Shown here piece after piece: positions 57,789 through 64,000 of a stretch of 64,000 nucleotides of DNA (within the stretch, counting starts at the first letter, position 1; each line of letters opens with the position of its first letter). Source of the stretch: Pseudomonas phage vB_PaePAO1-KEN19; the sequence record PP456878.1. One strand, written 5' to 3'. The notes under the pieces are model-generated. The model did no database searches. It saw only the letters and a program-made list of their open reading frames with translations, and was not told the DNA's origin. The position numbers were made by a program, and so were the translations under genes.

Positions 57789-58091
57789 TTGTGTTCAGAT
57801 AAGTTCGTTAAGCTTATCCCGTCTATTAATAATAGACAGCTGCATGTCGCCATGCAGACCAGACTATATCTTCACCTTTGGCATTACCCAGTAAGGTGCT
57901 CCCCATTTCGAGTCACTTGACTCTACTCTACTCGGTTCACTTTCGTGCCTTTCGATAGTCGTTGAACGTTCAATCCATTTCTGGAAAGCTTCGCTGCTGA
58001 TTGTCTCATTGAGATGTCCCAGCAATTAAAGGAGTTTTGTCGAGTAATATTTCTATTACAAGGAAACCATTTAGTATTAATATACAAATTA
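57789..58091 (-). mobile_element. group I intron C (ORF-less, about 303 nt) in the RNAP beta' gene
   Basis: The 75-nt core is identical to intron A (ATAGTCGTTGAACGTTCAATCCATTTCTGGAAAGCTTCGCTGCTGATTGTCTCATTGAGATGTCCCAGCAATTA on the plus strand). It ends CTGAACACAACG. Confidence 0.8.
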
Positions 58092-59255
58092 ATTTCGGTG
58101 AAAAGTGCAACCCATTCCTTTATATGGTGCGGCCTCTGCAATTAACTCTTTAAATAGATCAGCGATGATTTGGTTATATTGAAGTACATTCTCATATACA
58201 AATGAGAATGCTTCACGAGTTGTCATGTTAAACTTAGCTTTTAACTTGTTAGTTAGATGATACTTTAATAATTGACAACCTACCCCCCAAGGGATATGTA
58301 GTTCATCATAATCATGCGGGTCACTAATAGAAGTGATTACTGCACGTGCCGTAGCGTTGAGACGAGCACCAAACATGTGACGCCGAGCAAGACCAGGCTT
58401 TTGAGCAATTCGTGATTTTGCGTAGATCTCGTAGAACTGGCCATATAGTCTTAGTCCTCGCATAGTCCTATTCTGAGCTTTAATTGGACTAAGTGGTACA
58501 GATGATGCATCAATACTAGCGAAGGTTAAGGTAGCATCAATTGCTGCTTCAATTGGTTTATCTAAGTAAGTACCAGATGTGGTTGATTCTGCTACGAAAC
58601 AGAGTTTAGAAGGAACTGGTAAATATTTAGGGAATAACTTATCTTTATTCTGAGCAACGAATTGAGCGAATTCGGATTTATTATTAGAGATAATATTTGC
58701 ATCTAGTAGGAATTGGAAGATCTCATTGAAATTATCAATGAAGTGATTTAATCCTCTTTCAAATCCTCGATGCAGTAGCCTATCTACTTTCCTGCGTGTT
58801 TCCTTAGAACCAATAGATTCTACATCGTATCGATAAGAAGTATCAGTTAGATATGCTAAGAAATCGAATTCTTTAGTTACTAGATATCCGGTTAGCATAA
58901 TGATTAAACGTGGGTTAATTAGGCTACGTACATGTTTTGGTGTACGAACCCACATTGATGGTTCGATAGGGCGGCTAGAAGTATTGACAACTGGAGTATT
59001 ACAAATATCACAGATTACTCCGAGTTTATGTGCGTCTTCGATTGCTCGACAATCACAGCTTACACTACTTTCAATTGCTTCTGAATCTTGGAAATGAGAA
59101 TAGAAATGTCTATCAAATTCTTCTTTCTCATCTGAGTTACTCGTATTGTAATCATTGGCATAAATTCGTTTACCCGTAAATTGATCATGAACTTCATTAT
59201 GATCAACAACTTTGGCATAAAGACCCATACCAAACTCCTGTTTATCGATTAACAA
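58092..59255 (-). CDS. RNA polymerase beta' N-terminal gene, exon 1 (388 codons)
   Basis: Zinc-binding CDCRAIEDAHKLGVICDICNTPV. ARRHMFGARLNATARAVIT resembles beta' [33 protein letters not shown] resembles LKLHQCGLPKKMA. The TAA stop lies at the first nts of intron C. Confidence 0.8.
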
Positions 59256-59269
59256 AAAAAGGAGATATA

Positions 59270-59291
59270 AGCGGCCCCCGAAGGAGCCGCT
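59270..59291 (-). terminator. hairpin AGCGGCTCC-TTCG-GGGGCCGCT plus a T-tract on the minus strand, just upstream of the beta' start
   Basis: The minus strand reads stem-loop then TTATATCTCCTTTTTTTG. It ends the roughly 330-nt non-coding stretch after the chimallin-like gene. Confidence 0.55.
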
Positions 59292-59577
59292 ATATCAGTT
59301 TTTACAATGGACCACCAACGGAGCCTGGCCCGAGCCTAGCGTCATCTACAAAGCTTAACCTCCGCTCTTCTTTGTAGCATACCGGCACTAGTCTCATTTA
59401 CCATCCATTGTAGTTTTTGATCACACGTTACCTTTTGAGTAACTCCTTTCGGTTAAGTGATCTATCATCCTCGTGTAGTGATAGGTCGACCTAGACTAAG
59501 TCCACTAGTCGATTACTTCACGGAACCTACTCCTAACCGTTATCACCGAAGTGAACCAGGGTCGCAGTATTAGAATC

Positions 59578-59601
59578 GGGATGTTACTTATTTAACATCC
59601 C
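59578..59601. other. perfect hairpin GGGATGTTA-CTTATT-TAACATCCC right after the chimallin-like stop codon
   Basis: 9-bp stem. Its function is unclear: a 3'-UTR structure or an attenuator. Confidence 0.35.
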
Positions 59602-59622
59602 TATCTACCGAGGTATTTCCTA

Positions 59623-61503
59623 TTAGTACCAGGTACCCGGTGCATTATAGGAAGGAGCGCCGTAAGTTTGACCCATGCTGCCAGCCATGCCAACTTGTGC
59701 ACTACCAGAAACAGCCATGTTACCCATACCGGTGTAACCAGCGAAGCGCTGTTGACCGAAGTTGGTAATTAGGTTTTCCATGGTTACAGTTACACCAGCT
59801 GCTGCTGCTGCGGCATCCATTGCGGTGATGAATTTCGGGTTAAAGGTTAGACGACGAGCACGACCAGTATAGGTAACGTTACCTAGGTACATCTTGTCGA
59901 AGCCTTTACTGTTATTCATACGACGCACAATGTGGTCATTACCTACTTGAGTAGCATACCAGGTCTTCCACTCTTGATCGTTACCTTCAGACATGTTCAT
60001 GGCACCTAGAACGTCAAGATCACGACGGTCACTTAGTTCGCCATGCTCATCAGTGTAGTGACCGAGGTCTACTTCATGATGGTTGTCAAAGATGATCGGA
60101 CCAGCTTCAGCTAGGTTATAGAACTGACGGAAATCAGTGCCATATAGGTTAGTTAGAGCTTGGAAGATCAGGCTAACTGCACGAGCTTGGTTTACGCCAC
60201 CAGCTGCATCTAGGACTACTTGCTCAAGAGCAGAGTTGTCACCCATCGGATCGATATCGATCTGGAATGCAGGGTTCTGGTTAACCATCTTGTTCATTAG
60301 CATTACGAAGTTGCTGTCGTCTGCCATGAATGCTTCGGTGCGAGTTTCAATCGCTTTACCTAGCTCTGAGTAATAACCAAGTGCACCAATATCACGCATC
60401 TTGCTAGTAGCGATCTTCGGCATTAGGGTACGAGCCCATGCCTGGGATGCAGTTGCACGATACGCATTACCGAGTGCGAACAGCCACATTTCTAGAGTCC
60501 ATGCTTGGATCCAGGATGCCTTACGAACGTCAGTGATAACGATGTAAGGAGTGAACTGCGGAGGTAGAGCTGCACCAGGTAGAGTTACGCCAAACATACC
60601 TTGTTGCTGGCCAGTGGTCGGAGTCCAATGTAGATCTACGAATAGACTAACTTGGTTTAGCTGGCTATCGGTATCATAGAACTCGTTCTCAGGTACGTTG
60701 GTTTTCTTACCACGGCTAGTGGAGATAACCAGGTCAGAACGAATCGGATTACCGCAGCTATCTTTAACCGGAATACCATTGTAGTCTAGGTTGCAGGTAA
60801 GCTGTTCGTTTTCTGCTTTGATGTGGGTCGCAATAGAGAACGGAGTCTCATTGTTACGACGTGCGATAGCATCTTCACAGATATTAACAGATTCAACTAG
60901 TAGGTTCTTAACAGCTAGTTCATCTTTGAAGTCGAAGTCAGCATACACTGCACGGGGACCGGCAGATAGTACTTCTAGACCAGGGATGTTGTAACGGTTC
61001 CGTAGGAATTCGCCGATCTTGCTCCAGTATTGAGCAGTGAATACATCACGCGGTAGTACCTTCTCTTCAATGATGTCGTCAGTTAGACCATTGTTGATCT
61101 TGTGGGTACGGGGACGGATGCGAGTACCAGGTAGGTTATCGAGTACTAGTGTACGAACGAATGCCTTCATGGAACCATTGATATCTTTAGCTAGTTTAAC
61201 AATTAGTAGACCAGCCATACCAACTTGTTGCGCATCGCGATCGAAACGATGGATATCGAAATCATCAGGTAGGTCCTGATGGCGGATTGCTTCTTCTTTT
61301 ACTTTAGTGAATACTTGTAGGGCATCTGCTGAACGAGCATCAGAACCATCTAGCCGCCCAGAGCGACGCATTAGATGGTTAATGCCAGTAGTTGACCCAG
61401 GTGCGCCAGCAGGACGTTGAGCTTGACGCTGTGCAGTGGGTTGCGGAGCCGGAGTGGTAGCTTGAGTTTGAACGGTGCCGATTTCGTTTTCGTTAACAGC
61501 CAT
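59623..61503 (-). CDS. chimallin (phage-nucleus shell protein, ChmA)-like early protein, 626 aa
   Basis: Sits immediately upstream of the beta' N-terminal gene, as phiKZ gp54 and gp55 do. Disordered N-terminal ([21 protein letters not shown]) and C-terminal ([20 protein letters not shown]) tails. Early-promoter-like motif about 80 nt upstream. No sequence match to a remembered ChmA sequence was possible. Confidence 0.45.
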   Translation of the reverse strand: MAVNENEIGTVQTQATTPAPQPTAQRQAQRPAGAPGSTTGINHLMRRSGRLDGSDARSADALQVFTKVKEEAIRHQDLPDDFDIHRFDRDAQQVGMAGLLIVKLAKDINGSMKAFVRTLVLDNLPGTRIRPRTHKINNGLTDDIIEEKVLPRDVFTAQYWSKIGEFLRNRYNIPGLEVLSAGPRAVYADFDFKDELAVKNLLVESVNICEDAIARRNNETPFSIATHIKAENEQLTCNLDYNGIPVKDSCGNPIRSDLVISTSRGKKTNVPENEFYDTDSQLNQVSLFVDLHWTPTTGQQQGMFGVTLPGAALPPQFTPYIVITDVRKASWIQAWTLEMWLFALGNAYRATASQAWARTLMPKIATSKMRDIGALGYYSELGKAIETRTEAFMADDSNFVMLMNKMVNQNPAFQIDIDPMGDNSALEQVVLDAAGGVNQARAVSLIFQALTNLYGTDFRQFYNLAEAGPIIFDNHHEVDLGHYTDEHGELSDRRDLDVLGAMNMSEGNDQEWKTWYATQVGNDHIVRRMNNSKGFDKMYLGNVTYTGRARRLTFNPKFITAMDAAAAAAGVTVTMENLITNFGQQRFAGYTGMGNMAVSGSAQVGMAGSMGQTYGAPSYNAPGTWY

Positions 61504-61576
61504 TTTAAATACCTTTACGATTATGGTTTCTTGATCAAGAAGAACCTAAGTACTTAGTATACTAGATTCAATTTAG

Positions 61577-61600
61577 TAATATAAATCTCAAATTTTTTTC
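61577..61600 (-). promoter_or_regulatory. early-promoter-like element (AAAAAAATTTGAGATTTATATTAC) upstream of the chimallin-like gene
   Basis: TATATTAC about 80 nt upstream of the ATG at 61503. An A-tract is followed by TTTGAGAT. Confidence 0.55.
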
Positions 61601-61814
61601 ATTACAACATAGACGCTATAATCTGCTATCAGCAGATCGTAACGAACACTATGTTCACTACATATTATTACAATCTGAGTATTATTTATTTTTCATCTTA
61701 CAATTTCCATATCTTCTTTTTTGAGTTTATGGGTATAAAGTTTGAATCCAGAAACTAATTTACGTCAGTCCTGTATTAAATAATAACTATCAGTATTTTT
61801 ATAAAATGCAGTTA

Positions 61815-62180
61815 TCATTTACTTCGCATATACTTACGAACTGTTCCAAAAAGAGAATGATACAGTTTGTATAGTTTACTAACTGGATCAACTTTATTAT
61901 TATCAGTTGTATCAAATTTAGCAATAAATGGTGAATGTGCCGAAGCAGATGTTTCATTTACTTTAACTACACTACCAAATCGATATGCGACTAATACCTT
62001 TATTAATTCCTCATGGAGTTTAGTAGCAGTTGCTAATGGATTGGGATCATTAGGATCTATCTTAATCCTACGCTCGACATTGAAAAAGTTTACTACAATT
62101 TCTTTGCTAGTCATGTATACAGTAAGATCTTTGTTATTACCTAAATATAGTGGCGGATCTTCAACATTATTTTTAGCCAT
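61815..62180 (-). CDS. hypothetical protein (121 aa)
   Basis: ORF track. A divergent early-promoter-like motif at 62222-62246 is shared with gene 62262. Confidence 0.5.
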   Translation of the reverse strand: MAKNNVEDPPLYLGNNKDLTVYMTSKEIVVNFFNVERRIKIDPNDPNPLATATKLHEELIKVLVAYRFGSVVKVNETSASAHSPFIAKFDTTDNNKVDPVSKLYKLYHSLFGTVRKYMRSK

Positions 62181-62221
62181 TGTATATTCCTATTTGTAAT
62201 TACTACTGTTGTTACCAAACT

Positions 62222-62246
62222 ATGATATAGATCTCAATTAATTTTT
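62222..62246. promoter_or_regulatory. palindromic GATATAGATCTC promoter-like element between divergent genes 61815 (-) and 62262 (+)
   Basis: ATGATATAGATCTCAATTAATTTTT; orientation is ambiguous because of the palindromic core. Confidence 0.4.
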
Positions 62247-62261
62247 AATCGGATAATAACC

Positions 62262-63353
62262 ATGTATAATTTATTTAAGAATGCTCCGTCACGTAAATTG
62301 GGGCAGGTGGTTGATCCTAACATCCATTATATCCGACGAATCTACGCTGAGCAAATTAGGGACGTTAAAAGTTATTATAGACGGGCACCGAAGTATGTTG
62401 AATCTAAAAACATATTAGCACAAATGATTCGACATTTTAACGTAGAGTTACTAAGTGATGATGCTACTTTTATAAAGAACGTGGACGATCGTTCACGTGC
62501 TATTATTCGTTCATTTGGTATTACATCATCTTTAAATAAAGGTAAGGTTCATGTAGGTGGTGTTACACTTGGCCCTCAGACTGAAGAAGTTTTAGTATCC
62601 ACATCAGAGAGCTTTGATCTAAAAGATCTAAATAAAACATGGTATAAACTTTCCCCTGTTACGTATCTGTATCATACACGTACTGATACTAATTTACCTA
62701 TCATGAACAATACCACGCAGGGTAGAGGCTATGGTGTAACTCTAGTAAATATACCAATGCTTCTTGTGATGTACCGTTACTGGTATCGATGGCAAGTTGA
62801 GAAGAATCCTGATGAAGTTGAAGATACATATAGGTTTATAGGATCATTTGTATTGCCAAATATGGTTGACTCTTATTTAGATATTTCTTTCTTTAACAGG
62901 TTAGCAAGGAATGCTTTAGATATTAAAAATCCAACATTCCCTATACCGCATCCATTTTACATCACTGATATGAATCCACGTATTGATAAACTATGTACAA
63001 CTATCAATAGAGAATCCATATTAAAAGGTGTAGACATGGAAGGTTTATCATGGATAACACCAGCTATCGTACAATCTAATTTGTTCGATATGATGCGGCT
63101 CCCACGAGAACCTATTAACAGGAATAATGAATGGGCTTATGTATTGGCTCGCACACCCTTCATTAAGTATCTTGTAGGGCAGCTTTTAAAGAATACTGGT
63201 TATGATCAATCTTCTGTTAACACTGTATTAATTGATCTTATAGAAGCATCTAATGATCAAGCATTTAAGCAACAAGCAAATAGTGAGTTTGTAAAAGCTC
63301 AACAGGCACAAGTTGATTGGATGATAGATGCACTTAAAAGAAAAGAAATGTGA
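62262..63353 (+). CDS. hypothetical protein (363 aa)
   Basis: ORF track; hairpin 63360-63381 downstream. Confidence 0.5.
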   Translation: MYNLFKNAPSRKLGQVVDPNIHYIRRIYAEQIRDVKSYYRRAPKYVESKNILAQMIRHFNVELLSDDATFIKNVDDRSRAIIRSFGITSSLNKGKVHVGGVTLGPQTEEVLVSTSESFDLKDLNKTWYKLSPVTYLYHTRTDTNLPIMNNTTQGRGYGVTLVNIPMLLVMYRYWYRWQVEKNPDEVEDTYRFIGSFVLPNMVDSYLDISFFNRLARNALDIKNPTFPIPHPFYITDMNPRIDKLCTTINRESILKGVDMEGLSWITPAIVQSNLFDMMRLPREPINRNNEWAYVLARTPFIKYLVGQLLKNTGYDQSSVNTVLIDLIEASNDQAFKQQANSEFVKAQQAQVDWMIDALKRKEM

Positions 63354-63359
63354 CATAAA

Positions 63360-63381
63360 CCCCCTCCTAAATTGGAGGGGG
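63360..63381. terminator. bidirectional hairpin CCCCCTCC-TAAATT-GGAGGGGG with CATAAA / TTATATG flanks
   Basis: Between convergent genes 62262 (+) and 63397 (-). Confidence 0.55.
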
Positions 63382-63396
63382 TTATATGCCGTTTTA

Positions 63397-63990
63397 TTAG
63401 AAATTACCTTTCTTCATTTTAGAAAGTAATTTTCTACGTTCAGCTCGGTTAATTCCTGGGATAGCTGGTAATAGCATTTTATTACTAAACTTACCTGGCT
63501 TGCGGTCATGATTTAGTAATTGATCAACTACAGCTTGGTCACTGCTTTTAACTCCATTATCCATTTCATCTAATGGGTCCATAATAGCTTTAGCAGTCAA
63601 TCTTAGATGAGTAACTAGTTCATCAAATGAACTATCGGTATTAATAAGTTGTTTATCAACACCTTCTTTAAGAGCTTGTTTAATAGTTACGTCTTTTACC
63701 AGGATATTATCACATTCCCAAAGAGTTGTATGATGGGTATTTAACATTAATTCAAGTGAGACATTATTGTAATCGTTGTCAGCACTTGAGTGCCAATTGA
63801 ATTCATCAATATAGTCATTTAGACTCATTAACTTTGGTGGTTCGTTACTAGAGGTAATTAAACCAATTGGTTGAACATCATCTAGTGAACTTTTATCACT
63901 AGTAATTGCAGTTGTTTCAGTAGTAACATCAACTTCTTTTAATTCGTTGGTATAAGTTACATATACTAATTCTTCACTACCGTCATCCAA
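63397..63990 (-). CDS. hypothetical acidic protein; probably 5'-truncated by the window edge
   Basis: The track start is a TTG. The frame stays open to position 64000, so the true start probably lies beyond the window. Confidence 0.4.
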   Translation of the reverse strand: MDDGSEELVYVTYTNELKEVDVTTETTAITSDKSSLDDVQPIGLITSSNEPPKLMSLNDYIDEFNWHSSADNDYNNVSLELMLNTHHTTLWECDNILVKDVTIKQALKEGVDKQLINTDSSFDELVTHLRLTAKAIMDPLDEMDNGVKSSDQAVVDQLLNHDRKPGKFSNKMLLPAIPGINRAERRKLLSKMKKGNF

Positions 63991-64000
63991 AAGAACATAG

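Noticed and set aside
59292-59622. tRNA gene(s) in the structured spacer
   Set aside because: There is no T-loop (GTTCRANYC with a 5-bp stem) or anticodon-arm geometry on either strand. GGTTCACTTCGG lacks a pairing T-stem.

Overview
This 64-kb window looks like part of a phiKZ-like (Chimalliviridae) jumbo-phage genome. It is AT-rich, roughly 36-40% GC by eye, and almost entirely coding with very short gene gaps. The evidence for the phiKZ-like assignment is a split multisubunit RNA polymerase (RNAP) gene set, a chimallin-like early gene next to the RNAP beta' N-terminal gene, and intergenic motifs that, as I recall, match the phiKZ early (TATATTAC) and late (TATG) promoter consensuses.

Layout:
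- 1-2200: minus-strand early genes, including a macro-domain protein.
- 2201-19630: a tightly packed minus-strand late module. It holds a hyper-acidic 816-aa protein and a tandem array of four paralogs, and its genes are separated by GC-rich hairpins flanked by CATAA...TTATG.
- 19670-37536: mixed-strand block with an HExxH membrane protease, a Kelch beta-propeller protein, and a family-B DNA polymerase fragment carrying Exo I-III and motif A only.
- 37580-38306: three small membrane proteins.
- 38474-44559: SF2 helicase, RNAP beta' C-terminal fragment, and an RNAP beta C-terminal gene interrupted by a group I intron.
- 44709-56825: early and replication-type genes, including an SSB-like protein, an Mre11/SbcD-like nuclease and a Met/Gln-rich low-complexity protein.
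- 56967-59255: RNAP beta' N-terminal gene interrupted by two group I introns that flank a 36-codon micro-exon, so the NADFDGD catalytic motif exists only after splicing.
- 59623-61503: a chimallin-like 626-aa early gene.

Further observations:
- The three introns share a near-identical ORF-less core with canonical P, Q, R and S elements.
- There are two candidate -1 frameshift sites, a small gene with an in-frame TGA, and an upstream ORF overlapping the beta gene start.
- I found no tRNA, rRNA or CRISPR array.
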